64,000 nt of DNA. Origin: an uncultured Acidobacteriota bacterium. GTDB lineage: Bacteria > Acidobacteriota > Thermoanaerobaculia > Multivoradales > JAHEKO01. The DNA is taken from positions 32,001-96,000 of the forward strand of contig CAVQNG010000034.1 of the NCBI GenBank assembly GCA_963713825.1. Reading direction: 5' to 3'. This document shows, piece after piece, positions 38,520 through 49,331 of the stretch. Each line of letters opens with the position of its first letter. Position 1 is the first letter of the stretch. The notes below the pieces were generated by a model that searched no databases, was not told the origin of the DNA, and saw only the letters and a program-made list of their open reading frames with translations. Position numbers and translations under genes: made by a program.

Positions 38520-40565
38520 TCACAAGTCCGGTTCGAAGACAAGCAGCGCCACCGAATGTGGAGCCAGGTTGAGGCAGTGGGATCGCAGCCGTCTGGTGCG
38601 CAGGGTTGTGGTGTTGAACACCTGCTCCCAGGATCCAGGCGTCCCATCTTCTGGCATTTCGAATAGGCAGCTGTGGGCACCACTGTTGAACAGAGCGAGC
38701 GTCGGCCTTGGGGTTTCCAACCACAGTAATCCGATGGGATCCAGGCGGTCGTGGCTCCAATCGACCGCGGTCATGGGGGAGCCGTCAGGGGAGATCCATA
38801 CGAGTTTCTCGGAAATCTGGAGCCGACTCGAAAGCGCCAGCCCAAGATCCCGCCTGGCGGTGAATGCCTGGCGGCAGAACTCCAAAATCTCGAGCCGGTC
38901 CGAGTCCAGGTCCCAGTTGATCCAAGTCGTCGGGTCGTCGATGCAGTAGGCGTTGTTGTTGCCCTGCTGGCTTCGTCCAAGCTCGTCTCCATGGCTGAGC
39001 ATGGGAATGCCCTGAGAGAGTGCGAGAGATGCCAGAAAGCAGCGCTGAATTCGCAGTCGCTGAGTGCGGATGGAAGCGGATTGGGTGGGGCCCTCGACGC
39101 CCCAGTTACGACTCAGATTGTGGTTGTGTCCGTCGCGATTCTCTTCGCCATTGGCCCAGTTGTGCTTTTTCTCGTAGCTGACCAGATCGTGCAGCGTAAA
39201 GCCGTCGTGGCTAGTGACGAAATTGATGCTTGCTGTGGCGGGCTTCCTCGAGGGTCCGAAGACGTCCGCGCTGCCGGTGACGGACTCGGCAAATCCTCGT
39301 GTGGTTGACAGGTCGGAGCGCCAGAAGGAGCGCAGACGGTCGCGATATCTGTCATTCCACTCCGACCAGGCGAGCGGAAACTGGCCTAGGCGGTACCCCT
39401 CGGGTCCCAGGTCCCAGGGCTCGGCGATCAACTTGACTCCGGATAGCACGGAATCGGACTCGAGCGCCTCGAAGAATGGGGCTGCGGCGTCGTAGTCCTG
39501 TTCGGTTCGGCCGAGGCTCGTCGCGAGATCGAACCGAAAGCCGTCGACATGCATCTCCTTGATCCAGTATCGCAGGCAATCGACGAGAAATCGGACGACG
39601 ATCGGATTGCCACAGTGAAGCGTGTTGCCACAGCCTGTGAAGTCCTGGTAGTAGCGGCGTTCGGCCGGCTGCAAACGATAGTAGAGGGAGTTGTCGAGGC
39701 CCCGAAAGGTCAGGGTAGGGCCGAGATGGTTGCCCTCGGCCGTGTGATTGAAGACCACGTCCAGCAGCACTTCTATTCCCGCCGCGTGTAGCCCGCGTAC
39801 CATCGCCTTGAACTCCTGGACCTGGGCACCGTCGTGAGTGGCGTACCCTGCGTGGGGTGCAAAGAGTCCCAAGGGGTTGTAGCCGAAGTAGTTGGTCAGC
39901 CCATGGTGGGAGAGGGGCTCTTCTGTGGCGATCTGCTGGACAGGCAGGAGCTCTACGGCGGTGATGCCCAAGCTCTGAAGATGGTCGATCACCGGCTCCT
40001 GAATCATGCCGAGGTAGGTACCGCGCAGCGGCGCGGGTACGCCCGGGTGCAGTCGGGTCATGCCTTTGACGTGGCATTCGTAGATCACACTCTTTTCCCA
40101 CGGCGTTTGTGGTGGTCTGTCGTCCTGCCAGTCGAAGCGTGGGTCGACGACGACGGAGCGGGGCACGTAGGGCGCGCTATCTTCCAGGTTGGGTAGATCG
40201 TCGCTCTCGAACCGGCGAGAACCGAACAACGCAGGATGCCAGCGAAGCTCTCCTGTTACGGCTCGAGCGGCTGGGTCCAGTAGCAGCTTCGAGGTATTGA
40301 AACGATGTCCAGCGGACGGTTCCCAGGGGCCATCGACTCGGAAGCCGTACAGCTGGCCCGGCTCGACCTCACGGCTCGAGCCGATCCACAAATCTGGAGA
40401 AATTCGCTCCAAGGCCAGTCGGCGTGTTTCGTGATCCGGGTGTGTCGCATCGAACAGGCAAAGCTCGACCGCCGTAGCGGTAGCAGATCTGAGGCTGAAC
40501 CGGGTTTCTTCGCCGTTCCAGATGGCACCGGGAACCGAGTCCAAGGGGTGTTCACCAGCCTTCAC
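38520..40565 (-). CDS. glgX: Glycogen debranching enzyme
   Basis: YECHVKG, NYFGYNP, DVVFNHTAEG, DGFRFDLA, IAEPWD, HDGFTL, GNNNAYC; GTG start overlaps the malQ stop. Confidence 0.95.
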   Translation of the reverse strand: MKAGEHPLDSVPGAIWNGEETRFSLRSATATAVELCLFDATHPDHETRRLALERISPDLWIGSSREVEPGQLYGFRVDGPWEPSAGHRFNTSKLLLDPAARAVTGELRWHPALFGSRRFESDDLPNLEDSAPYVPRSVVVDPRFDWQDDRPPQTPWEKSVIYECHVKGMTRLHPGVPAPLRGTYLGMIQEPVIDHLQSLGITAVELLPVQQIATEEPLSHHGLTNYFGYNPLGLFAPHAGYATHDGAQVQEFKAMVRGLHAAGIEVLLDVVFNHTAEGNHLGPTLTFRGLDNSLYYRLQPAERRYYQDFTGCGNTLHCGNPIVVRFLVDCLRYWIKEMHVDGFRFDLATSLGRTEQDYDAAAPFFEALESDSVLSGVKLIAEPWDLGPEGYRLGQFPLAWSEWNDRYRDRLRSFWRSDLSTTRGFAESVTGSADVFGPSRKPATASINFVTSHDGFTLHDLVSYEKKHNWANGEENRDGHNHNLSRNWGVEGPTQSASIRTQRLRIQRCFLASLALSQGIPMLSHGDELGRSQQGNNNAYCIDDPTTWINWDLDSDRLEILEFCRQAFTARRDLGLALSSRLQISEKLVWISPDGSPMTAVDWSHDRLDPIGLLWLETPRPTLALFNSGAHSCLFEMPEDGTPGSWEQVFNTTTLRTRRLRSHCLNLAPHSVALLVFEPDL

Positions 40566-42079
40566 GCCGGTGGTCCCATCGACTCGGTTTCGAGGCGCCC
40601 CGCCAGGACTGTGATCCTCCGAAGCTGCGCCGCGGTTGGGTCGTCGGCCATCTCGGGTTGAAGCCTCCATACCCAATTGCCCTCTGCAGAGCTGGGAGTG
40701 TTCATCCGATGGCGCCCATCGAGGCCGAGCACGTCCTGCATGGGGAAGATCGACAAGTCGGCAACCGAGGTCGAGACGCTGCGGATCAGGTCCCAGTGGG
40801 CACGGTTACCGTCTCCACCGACATAGTCGAGGACTCTCTGGCGCTTCTCAGGCTCGAGTTCTTCGAGCCACCCGACCGAAGTGTCGTTGTCATGAGTCCC
40901 AGTGTAGGCGACGGTGTTCCGAGTGAAGTTGTGGGGCAGATGCTCGCTGTCGGGAGAGTCGAAGCCGAACTGCAGGACCTTCATGCCCGGCAACCCGAGA
41001 TTCGACTTCAGTTCTCGGACCTCGGACGTGATGTGACCCAGATCTTCTGCCACTAGGGGCAGCTCACCGAGTACCTCGCGGAGCCGCTCGAAGAGGTGAA
41101 CTCCCGGACCCGGGGTCCACTGACCGTTGACCGCTGTCGGTTCACTGGCGTCGATCTCCCAATAGTCGGCGAAGGCTCGAAAGTGGTCGATGCGGATGCT
41201 GTCGTAGGTGGCGAGGCTGTAACCGACTCGTTCTATCCACCAACGGTAGCCGTCCTCTGCGTGAGAGTCCCATCGAAACACCGGGTTGCCCCAGCGCTGG
41301 CCGGTTTCGCTGAAGTAGTCAGGCGGCACACCTGCAACGAAGGTAGGCTGCCCCTCTCCGTCTACCTTGAACAGATGCCGGTGAGCCCAGACATCGGCGC
41401 TGTCCAGGGCGACATAGAATGGCATGTCTCCCAGCAAGCGGACAGAGCGCTGTCGCGCAGTCTCTCTCAAGCGACTCCACTGGTCGGCAAATAGGTACTG
41501 AACGAACTGGTGGTAGCCGATGTCATCCTCGAGCTGCTGTCGGACCGAGGCCATGGCGGCAGCCTCACGATCTCGGAGAGCCGGGGTCCATTCTGACCAC
41601 GGTTTGCCGTCGAAGTGAGCCTTCAGGGAGGCAAACATCGCCCAGTCCTCGAGCCACGAATCTTGCTCAGGTCTGGTGGCCCAGTCCTCGAACAGCTCTC
41701 GGTGTCGATTCGGGTTGGATTGTCGAAACCGATTCCAAGCAAGCCTCAGGAGCCGGGATTTCCATTCGCCGGCCATCTCGTATTGGACGCTTTCATTGTC
41801 GAAAGGCGGCACGCCCACCAGGTCGGAGGCGGTCAGGAGACCGCCCTCTTCTAAATCCTGGGGAGAGATCAGTTGTGGGTTGCCCGCGAAGGCCGAAGAT
41901 CCGTCATAGGGCGAATGGCCGGCGCCGGCCGGAACGAGCGGCAGCATCTGCCAGGTCGTTTGTCCGGCTTCCTGAAGCCAGCTCAGAAAGTGGCGAGAGC
42001 TGGGTCCCAGGTCTCCGATGCCAAAAGGCCCCGGCAGGGAAGTTGGGTGCAGCAAGATACCCGAGGCTCGTCGAGTCAT
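40562..42079 (-). CDS. malQ: 4-alpha-glucanotransferase (amylomaltase)
   Basis: GILLHPTSLP, AGVPPDYFS.TGQ.WGNP, RIDHFR, YTGTHDN, RMN.P. Confidence 0.96.
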   Translation of the reverse strand: MTRRASGILLHPTSLPGPFGIGDLGPSSRHFLSWLQEAGQTTWQMLPLVPAGAGHSPYDGSSAFAGNPQLISPQDLEEGGLLTASDLVGVPPFDNESVQYEMAGEWKSRLLRLAWNRFRQSNPNRHRELFEDWATRPEQDSWLEDWAMFASLKAHFDGKPWSEWTPALRDREAAAMASVRQQLEDDIGYHQFVQYLFADQWSRLRETARQRSVRLLGDMPFYVALDSADVWAHRHLFKVDGEGQPTFVAGVPPDYFSETGQRWGNPVFRWDSHAEDGYRWWIERVGYSLATYDSIRIDHFRAFADYWEIDASEPTAVNGQWTPGPGVHLFERLREVLGELPLVAEDLGHITSEVRELKSNLGLPGMKVLQFGFDSPDSEHLPHNFTRNTVAYTGTHDNDTSVGWLEELEPEKRQRVLDYVGGDGNRAHWDLIRSVSTSVADLSIFPMQDVLGLDGRHRMNTPSSAEGNWVWRLQPEMADDPTAAQLRRITVLAGRLETESMGPPA

Positions 42080-42177
42080 GGGCGGGATGATAACCTGACG
42101 CGCTGAAATTCCCCCTGGGGTGTGAATGACATGCCCCGTAGGGTTCGAGATTCTAGACCCAATCGCGAGGTGGTGGA

Positions 42178-44367
42178 TTGCCCGACAGTAACCGACGTAT
42201 CAAGATTCCGTGTCGCCAAGTAGCTGACATCGAGCTGCCCCGAGAAGTGGAGAGGCTCTACGACCTGGCCTACAACCTGTGGTGGAGTTGGACTCCGCGG
42301 GCGAGACAGCTGTTCTCATCGATCAAAGTCGATTCGTGGGCACGCTACCGCAACCCGGTGGACCTGTTGCTGAACGTGGATCGTCACCAATGGGAGCAGC
42401 TCATCAGCAGCGATGCCTTCATGGGCTCGTACTCGAGGCTGATGCAGGATTTCGATCGGTATCTGAACGGCGGGTCCGACACCTGGTTCGAGCGCCACTA
42501 CCCGGACCACGATGGCGGTCCGGTGGCGTATTTCTCGATGGAGTACGGCTTGGATCGTTCACTGGCCATCTACTCGGGTGGACTCGGGGTGCTCAGCGGT
42601 GACCACTGTAAGAGCGCCAGTGACCTGGGGCTACCATTCGTCGGTGTCGGTCTGCTGTACCGCTCCGGATATTTCAACCAGGCCATCGATGCCGACGGCA
42701 TTCAGCAGCACATCTACCCCGACTACGACTTCAATCGCCTGCCGGTCAGGCCGGCCATGGATGAAAGAGGCAGAGATGTGGTCGTTGGGATCCCCCTGCC
42801 TGGACGAGAAGTCCAGGCCAAGGTATGGGTTGCCGAGGTAGGCCGAGTTTCCATTCTGCTTCTGGATACGGACCTGCCCGCCAACGACCCGGCCGACCGG
42901 CCGATCGCCAAGGTCCTGTATGTGCGGGGTCGAGAGATGCGATTGGTCCAGGAGATGATTCTGGGAGTTGGAGGAGTGAAAGCGCTCGCGGCTCTGGGTA
43001 TCGAGCCCGCCTTGTGGCACATCAACGAAGGGCACAGCGTCCTGCTGCAACTGGAGAGGATGAGGACTGCAATCGTTGCCGAGGGGGTCGATTTCGAGAC
43101 CGCTCTGGAGAGGGTCGGCGAGAACGTGGCTTTCACGACGCACACTCCGGTGCCGGCAGGCAACGAGCAATTCGACCCCGATCTCGCCACCAGCTACCTC
43201 GAGCTGTGGTCCGAGCCCCTGGGCACGAGCTCCGAGCGCCTTCTGCAAGTGGGAAATCCGGACCATGGCGAACCCGACCAGCCCTTCAATTTGACGGCCT
43301 TCGCCTTGCGAACCAGCAGTTTCGCCAACGGTGTGAGTCGCTTGAACGCCGAGGTCGCGGATCGGATGTGGCGGCACCTGTTCGCCGATCCCCCGGCCGA
43401 GGAGCCGGTCGTGCAGCCGATTACCAACGGCATTCATCTCCCGACCTGGTTGGGAACCGAGCTCCAGAATCTTTTCGCCGTGCAGCTCGGACCAGACTGG
43501 CAAGAGAGGCTCCTCGATCCGAAAGCGTGGGAGTTTGTCTATCAGCTTGCCAATGAGGATCTCTGGGCAGCGCATCGGTCTCAGAAAGAGCGGCTGATGC
43601 GATTCTCGCGATCCCGTCTCCTGGAGCAGTACGCCCGGCACGGCCGACCACCTTCCAAGTTGAGAGAGGTGGCGGCATTCTTCTCGGACGAGGCATTGAC
43701 CATAGGTTTTGCACGCCGATTCGCAACCTACAAGAGAGCGGGACTGTTGTTCAGTGATCTGCACCGATTGAGGGGCATCGTTCGCAGCACAGAGAGGCCA
43801 GTGTGCATTCTCTTGGCAGGCAAGGCCCACCCAGCAGATCGACCCGCTCAGGAGCTCATCCAGCACCTGTTCATGCTCAGCCAAGAAGCCGATCTCGAGG
43901 GTCGAGTGGCCTTTATCGAAAATTACAACATGCGGGTTGGACGCATGCTGGTGCAGGGTGTGGATGTCTGGTTGAACACGCCTCGGCGACCGTTCGAGGC
44001 CAGTGGAACCAGCGGCCAGAAGGCTGCAGTCAACGGCGTTCTCAATTGCAGCATTCTCGATGGCTGGTGGCCGGAAGGCTTCGACGGTGAGAACGGTTGG
44101 TCGATCGGTGCCGGGGAGACTGCAGCCGAAGAGTGGCAGCAGGATCAGCACGATGCCAATTCGCTCTACTCGATTCTCGAGGAGCAAATTCTCCCCACCT
44201 ACTACGAGCGCGACCAGCAGGGTTTGCCGGTGCGATGGATCGAGATGATGAAGCGATCGATCGCCTCGATCGGAGCGCGCTTCTCGGCGAGTCGAATGGT
44301 TCGGGAGTACACTGATCGGGCGTACATGCCCCTGGCTGGCGCCAAAGTGAGTCCCGAACGGGACTAG
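42178..44367 (+). CDS. glgP: Alpha-glucan phosphorylase
   Basis: NLWWSW, YSGGLGVL.GD, HINEGH, FARRFATYKRA, EASGTSGQKA. Confidence 0.95.
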   Translation: MPDSNRRIKIPCRQVADIELPREVERLYDLAYNLWWSWTPRARQLFSSIKVDSWARYRNPVDLLLNVDRHQWEQLISSDAFMGSYSRLMQDFDRYLNGGSDTWFERHYPDHDGGPVAYFSMEYGLDRSLAIYSGGLGVLSGDHCKSASDLGLPFVGVGLLYRSGYFNQAIDADGIQQHIYPDYDFNRLPVRPAMDERGRDVVVGIPLPGREVQAKVWVAEVGRVSILLLDTDLPANDPADRPIAKVLYVRGREMRLVQEMILGVGGVKALAALGIEPALWHINEGHSVLLQLERMRTAIVAEGVDFETALERVGENVAFTTHTPVPAGNEQFDPDLATSYLELWSEPLGTSSERLLQVGNPDHGEPDQPFNLTAFALRTSSFANGVSRLNAEVADRMWRHLFADPPAEEPVVQPITNGIHLPTWLGTELQNLFAVQLGPDWQERLLDPKAWEFVYQLANEDLWAAHRSQKERLMRFSRSRLLEQYARHGRPPSKLREVAAFFSDEALTIGFARRFATYKRAGLLFSDLHRLRGIVRSTERPVCILLAGKAHPADRPAQELIQHLFMLSQEADLEGRVAFIENYNMRVGRMLVQGVDVWLNTPRRPFEASGTSGQKAAVNGVLNCSILDGWWPEGFDGENGWSIGAGETAAEEWQQDQHDANSLYSILEEQILPTYYERDQQGLPVRWIEMMKRSIASIGARFSASRMVREYTDRAYMPLAGAKVSPERD

Positions 44368-44436
44368 AGCTTCCATTGTCCGGAATTGTCCGATGCTGCC
44401 GCCGAGGATAGGGCATCCGTCGGAGGAGGACACTGC

Positions 44437-46251
44437 GTGACCACCATTCAGATCCTCGATGATCGACTGATCAGTCAGATCGCGGCCGGGGAAGTCGTCG
44501 AGCGTCCCGCCTCGGTCGTCAAGGAGTTGGTGGAGAATGCCATCGACGCCGGCGCCCGATCGATTCGGGTGGACCTCGAAGCAGGCGGCAAACGCTCCAT
44601 TCGGGTCATGGACGACGGTGTAGGCATGGATCGCAATGATGCTCTGCTGGCCTTCGATCGCCATGCTACGAGCAAGATCGAGAGCTTTGATGATCTTCAG
44701 GGCGTCGCAACGCTCGGCTTTCGGGGCGAGGCCCTTGCTGCCATCTCGGCTGTGGCCCGGGTCGAGCTGACCACTGCCAAGGAGCCTGGTGACGGACATC
44801 GCATCCGAATCGACGGAGGTCATATCCGCTCGGTGGAACCGGCGGCTCACCCGAAGGGTACCTTGGTCGAGGTTCGATCCCTGTTCTTCAATGTGCCGGC
44901 GCGTCGCAAGTTCCTCAAGACCGTTCCCACGGAGCTGCGCCGGGCAACAGAGGTCGTCCAGGGCTATGCCCTGGCCAGACCCGAGATCGGCTTCACCCTC
45001 TCACATGAAGGCCGGACACTTCTGGAGGCCTCGCCTGCCGGAGACGATCTTGACGCGGCCCGGCGACGGGTCGCCGAGCTCTTCGGTGCACCGGCGGGCC
45101 AGGAGCTGGTCGAGTTCTCTCGGCAGGGCGCTGGAGGGGAGCGGATCTGGGGGCTCGTAGGAAATCGCAAGCGGGGTCGCGGCAGGCGCATCTTCACGTT
45201 CGTCAATCGCCGGCTCCTGAGAGATCGAACCGTGATGGCTGCGTTCTATAGGACGGTCCGAGAGACCTGGCGGAGCGACGAATTCCCCGCCCTCTTCCTC
45301 TTCTTGGACATTCCACCCGAAGAAGTGGACGTCAACGTGCATCCGCAAAAGGCGGAAGTCCGGTTCAGGGATGGGCGATTCTTCGGCCGTCTCGCCTCTT
45401 GCCTGCAGGAGGCGCTGGAGCGAGCGAGAGGGGAGGAACCAGCGCCTCTAGCGGTGCCCGACGGCCTGCCCGGGACTCCATTCGTCTGGCAGGGACTCGG
45501 CGAGCGTTCCCATTCCTGGACTGGCCGGAAGGCTGATGGAGGTGACAGCGGTGAGGTCAGAGAGCTCGATGGGGAGTGGTCCGGGGAGGGAGACAGTCGA
45601 TTGGCCGATGTGTCATTCGCCCCTCTCGCCAGGTCACCAGTGCCCCTTACGGGCCGGTCGGGCGTGGCGCGACCATTTCGGCTTCTGGGACAGTACAAGG
45701 GCACCCTGATCCTGCTCGAAGGGCCTGATGGTCTCTATCTCGTGGATCAACACGTGGCCCACGAAAGGGTCTTGTACGAGCGATTCCGTCGCCAACTGGC
45801 AGACACTGTCGTCCGAAGCCAGCGCCTTCTGGACCCGATTCTTCTGGAGCTCGCTCCCGCCGAGGCCATGAAGCTGGCCGAGATGGGACCCGATCTCGAG
45901 CAACTGGGGTTCTCTCTGAGCGAAATGTCGGGCAACGTGGTGGCCGTCAGCGCCACTCCCGCGGTGTTGACTCCTGGGTTGGCGGAGCAGATGCTGGTCA
46001 GCCTGGCGAGCGAAACCGGCGAAAATGACTCGACTGCCGAGGAATTGAAAAGACGCCTGCTGGAAGCCCTGGCCGCAAGCCAGTCCTGCCGTGCAGCGGT
46101 GAAGATGCACCACCAGCTTTCCGCCGAGGAGATGGAGTCCCTGATGAGTGAGCTGTTCACAGCGGAACAGCCGTACGCCTGCCCTCACGGCAGGCCGATC
46201 GTGCTGAAAATGGCGGACATAGAGCTGGAGCGGCGGTTCGGCCGGAGGTGA
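44437..46251 (+). CDS. mutL: DNA mismatch repair endonuclease MutL
   Basis: IAAGEVVERPASVVKEL, GFRGEAL, DQHVAHER, CPHGRP; GGAGGAGG SD. Confidence 0.97.
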   Translation: MTTIQILDDRLISQIAAGEVVERPASVVKELVENAIDAGARSIRVDLEAGGKRSIRVMDDGVGMDRNDALLAFDRHATSKIESFDDLQGVATLGFRGEALAAISAVARVELTTAKEPGDGHRIRIDGGHIRSVEPAAHPKGTLVEVRSLFFNVPARRKFLKTVPTELRRATEVVQGYALARPEIGFTLSHEGRTLLEASPAGDDLDAARRRVAELFGAPAGQELVEFSRQGAGGERIWGLVGNRKRGRGRRIFTFVNRRLLRDRTVMAAFYRTVRETWRSDEFPALFLFLDIPPEEVDVNVHPQKAEVRFRDGRFFGRLASCLQEALERARGEEPAPLAVPDGLPGTPFVWQGLGERSHSWTGRKADGGDSGEVRELDGEWSGEGDSRLADVSFAPLARSPVPLTGRSGVARPFRLLGQYKGTLILLEGPDGLYLVDQHVAHERVLYERFRRQLADTVVRSQRLLDPILLELAPAEAMKLAEMGPDLEQLGFSLSEMSGNVVAVSATPAVLTPGLAEQMLVSLASETGENDSTAEELKRRLLEALAASQSCRAAVKMHHQLSAEEMESLMSELFTAEQPYACPHGRPIVLKMADIELERRFGRR

Positions 46252-46308
46252 GTCGCCGTCGACCTTCGAGGTCGCAGCGGCGCCGGGGCAGTGCTAGCAT
46301 GGCGCGCG

Positions 46309-47034
46309 ATGTTGGAGAACCTTGTATCGCTCGGCGAACTCGAGGAACGGCTTCGATACCACTTCGAGAATTCGAGGCTGCTCGAAGCGGCTCTCACCCA
46401 TACGTCCTGGGCCAACGAACATGGGGTGGATGACGACTACGAGAGGCTGGAGTTCCTCGGCGATGCGATCGTGGGTGCCGTGGCGGCCAGCTGGCTCTAC
46501 GAACGACGTCCGGATCTGGACGAAGGGGAGCTCTCGAAGCTCAAAAGCTACGTCGTTAGCGAGTCTGTCCTGGCAGCGCATGCCGAGCATCTCGGCCTTG
46601 GAGAGTATCTCCGCCTGGGAGTGGGGGAGATCCGGTCGGGGGGACGTGAGAAGCGATCTTTGTTGGCCGATGCCATGGAGGCTGTGATCGGCGCGGTGTT
46701 TCAGGATGGCGGGCTCGAGGCGGCGCAGCGGATCGCTCAGCAGCTCTTGGAGATGGCGCTGGGCGAAGAGATCGAGATTCCAGAGGTGCAAGACTCGAAG
46801 ACCGCTCTGCAAGAGGCTGTCCAGGCTACGGGTGGACACCTGCCGGAGTATCGCCACGTGGCCGAGGAGGGGCCGGATCACAGGAAGCGGTTTCATGTCG
46901 AGTGCTGGGTCGAAGGCCGTCTTCTGGGTGATGGCGACGGCAGCACGAAGAAGCAGGCCGAGCAAAGCGCTGCCCGGACAGCCCTGGCGGCACTGAACCA
47001 TGAACCACCGGAGAGCGACACGGCTCTTCATTGA
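46309..47034 (+). CDS. rnc: Ribonuclease III
   Basis: ALTH.S, ERLEFLGDA, dsRBD KTALQE..KKQAEQSAA. Confidence 0.96.
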   Translation: MLENLVSLGELEERLRYHFENSRLLEAALTHTSWANEHGVDDDYERLEFLGDAIVGAVAASWLYERRPDLDEGELSKLKSYVVSESVLAAHAEHLGLGEYLRLGVGEIRSGGREKRSLLADAMEAVIGAVFQDGGLEAAQRIAQQLLEMALGEEIEIPEVQDSKTALQEAVQATGGHLPEYRHVAEEGPDHRKRFHVECWVEGRLLGDGDGSTKKQAEQSAARTALAALNHEPPESDTALH

Positions 47035-47075
47035 CCAGCAACCACCGAGTGCGTGGGGCGCGATAGGACTGAAAG

Positions 47076-48362
47076 ATGCAGAGGATCAAGGAGCTGCCGA
47101 AGCGAATCGGTGAAGAAGTCGTCCTGCAGGGCTGGCTGACGACCGCTCGATCGAGCGGCAAGATCGCCTTCCTGCAAGTTAGGGATGGTAGCGGCGTCGT
47201 TCAGGCCGTCGCCAGTCGGGGAGAGCTTTCCGAGCTCGCCTGGGAGGAGGTGCAGAAAGCAACCCAGGAATCCGCCATTCGGGTGACGGGCAATGTCAGT
47301 GAAGACCCTCGATCACCGAGCGGTGTCGAGATCCACTTGAGCGATTTCTCCGTTCTTCATCTGTCGGAGGATTTTCCCATCACCAAGAAGGAGCACGGCA
47401 CCGGCTTTTTGATGGAAAACCGACACCTTTGGCTGCGGTCCAGTCGGCAGCGGGCGGCGCTGAAGATCCGCAGCGAAGTGTGCCAGGCCATCCGCGATTT
47501 CCACTACGAGCGGGACTTTGTTCTCATCGACTCACCCATCCTGACTCCAGCTGCGTGCGAGGGGACTTCCACCCTCTTCGAGACAGACTACTTCGGGGAG
47601 CAAGCCTACCTGAGTCAGTCTGGGCAGCTCTACCTCGAGCCAGCTGCGGCGGTCTTTGGCAAGGTGTACTGTTTCGGGCCCACCTTTAGAGCCGAGAAAT
47701 CGAAGACGAGACGTCACCTCATGGAGTTCTGGATGGTCGAGCCCGAGGTGGCCTTCTTGGAGTTCGCTGGGCTATGTGACCTGGCTGAGGAGTTCATCAG
47801 CTACCTGGTGGCCAGGGTCCTCGAGCGTGGCGCTGAGGAGTTGAAGGTGTTGGAGAGAGAGACCGCCAAGCTCGAAGCTGCAACGAGCCCGTTTCCGAGG
47901 ATTACCTACACCGAAGCCGTGGCGAAGCTCAAAGAGGCAGGAGTGTCGATCGAGTGGGGCGAGGACTTCGGTGGCGATGATGAGACGATTCTGGCCGAGC
48001 AGTTCGATCGGCCCGTTCTCGTGACGCATTATCCGACCGCTCTCAAGGCCTTCTACATGGAGCCCGATCCGGAGAATCCGGAGTTGGCCCTGGCTGTCGA
48101 TGTGCTGGCACCGGAAGGATACGGTGAGATCATCGGGGGAAGCCAGAGGATTCACGATCATGATCTGCTCAAGCGACGTCTCGAGGAGCACGAGCTGCCG
48201 CTCGAGGCCTTCCAGTGGTATCTGGATGTGCGGCGGTACGGCACGTTTCCCCACAGTGGATTCGGCATGGGTATCGAGCGATTCGTGGCCTGGGTGTGCG
48301 GCTTGAAGCACCTGCGAGAGACCATTCCCTACCCGCGAATGCTGAACAAGATCTACCCCTAG
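47076..48362 (+). CDS. asnS: Asparagine-tRNA ligase
   Basis: [45 protein letters not shown]. Confidence 0.96.
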   Translation: MQRIKELPKRIGEEVVLQGWLTTARSSGKIAFLQVRDGSGVVQAVASRGELSELAWEEVQKATQESAIRVTGNVSEDPRSPSGVEIHLSDFSVLHLSEDFPITKKEHGTGFLMENRHLWLRSSRQRAALKIRSEVCQAIRDFHYERDFVLIDSPILTPAACEGTSTLFETDYFGEQAYLSQSGQLYLEPAAAVFGKVYCFGPTFRAEKSKTRRHLMEFWMVEPEVAFLEFAGLCDLAEEFISYLVARVLERGAEELKVLERETAKLEAATSPFPRITYTEAVAKLKEAGVSIEWGEDFGGDDETILAEQFDRPVLVTHYPTALKAFYMEPDPENPELALAVDVLAPEGYGEIIGGSQRIHDHDLLKRRLEEHELPLEAFQWYLDVRRYGTFPHSGFGMGIERFVAWVCGLKHLRETIPYPRMLNKIYP

Positions 48363-48376
48363 AACCCCGGTTCGAG

Positions 48377-49282
48377 TTGGCGGAATCCTCACGTTCCCTC
48401 ACCTACGCCGCCCTGGCGGTGCTGATCCTGATCTGGGGTACAACCTGGGCGGTGATCCGCATCGGCCTGCGGGGTTTGCCGCCGTTCACCGGAGTTGCGA
48501 TGCGATTCGGCATCGCGGCCATCGTGCTTTTCGCGGTAGCTCGGGCCTTCGGGGTGAGGCCGGATCGGGGTCGTCGAGCTCGGGTCCTGGGAGCCGTCAA
48601 CGCCGCCCTGGCGTTCTCGTTGTCCTACGGCGTCGTCTACTGGGCGGAGCAGTGGGTGCCGTCTGGCCTGGCCTCCGTTCTGTTCTCCACCTTTCCCTTG
48701 ATGGTCGCGGGGTTGGCCCATTTCGCGCTGCCCGGGGAGCGCATTCAACTCGCCTCTGCGGCCGGAATTCTCGTCGGATTCTTGGGGGTCTTGGTGATTT
48801 TTTCAGAGGATCTGGCAGCCCTGGGCGGGCAGCAGGCAGTCACGGCTTCGATCGTGTTCCTGCTGTCTCCCCTGGCTGCTGCAGTCGCGAATGTGGTGGT
48901 CAAGCGCTGGGGCAAGGGCGTCCATCCATTGTCGCTGACAGCCCCCCCCATGGCCGCTACCGCCGTGATCATGGGTGTCCTGGCCGTGATCTTCGAGAGA
49001 GGCCGGCAACTTTCGTTCGACGCGAGCTCTGTGGGGGCTTTGCTCTATCTCGCGATTGCTGGCACCGCGGTGACGTTCTTCCTCTACTTCTGGCTCCTGG
49101 ATCGCTTGCCGGCGACGCGGCTGTCACTCATCACCTACGGGATACCGGTTGTTGCCGTGACAGTCGGTACTCTCGGGCTTGGAGAGCCATTTACTGGTCG
49201 AATGCTCATGGGCTCAGGCCTGGTTCTGGTGGGCGTGTCGCTGGCGGTTGGGCTGTCGCCGGGCAATAAGAGCTCGACGTAG
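48377..49282 (+). CDS. EamA/DMT family transporter (start approximate)
   Basis: IWGTTW, about 10 TM helices in two repeats, PSGLASVL, LGEP. Confidence 0.9.
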   Translation: MAESSRSLTYAALAVLILIWGTTWAVIRIGLRGLPPFTGVAMRFGIAAIVLFAVARAFGVRPDRGRRARVLGAVNAALAFSLSYGVVYWAEQWVPSGLASVLFSTFPLMVAGLAHFALPGERIQLASAAGILVGFLGVLVIFSEDLAALGGQQAVTASIVFLLSPLAAAVANVVVKRWGKGVHPLSLTAPPMAATAVIMGVLAVIFERGRQLSFDASSVGALLYLAIAGTAVTFFLYFWLLDRLPATRLSLITYGIPVVAVTVGTLGLGEPFTGRMLMGSGLVLVGVSLAVGLSPGNKSST

Positions 49283-49331
49283 CCACCGTTCGTCTGCTTG
49301 CCGGAGGTTGTTGCAGAGAACGAGCCGAGGC

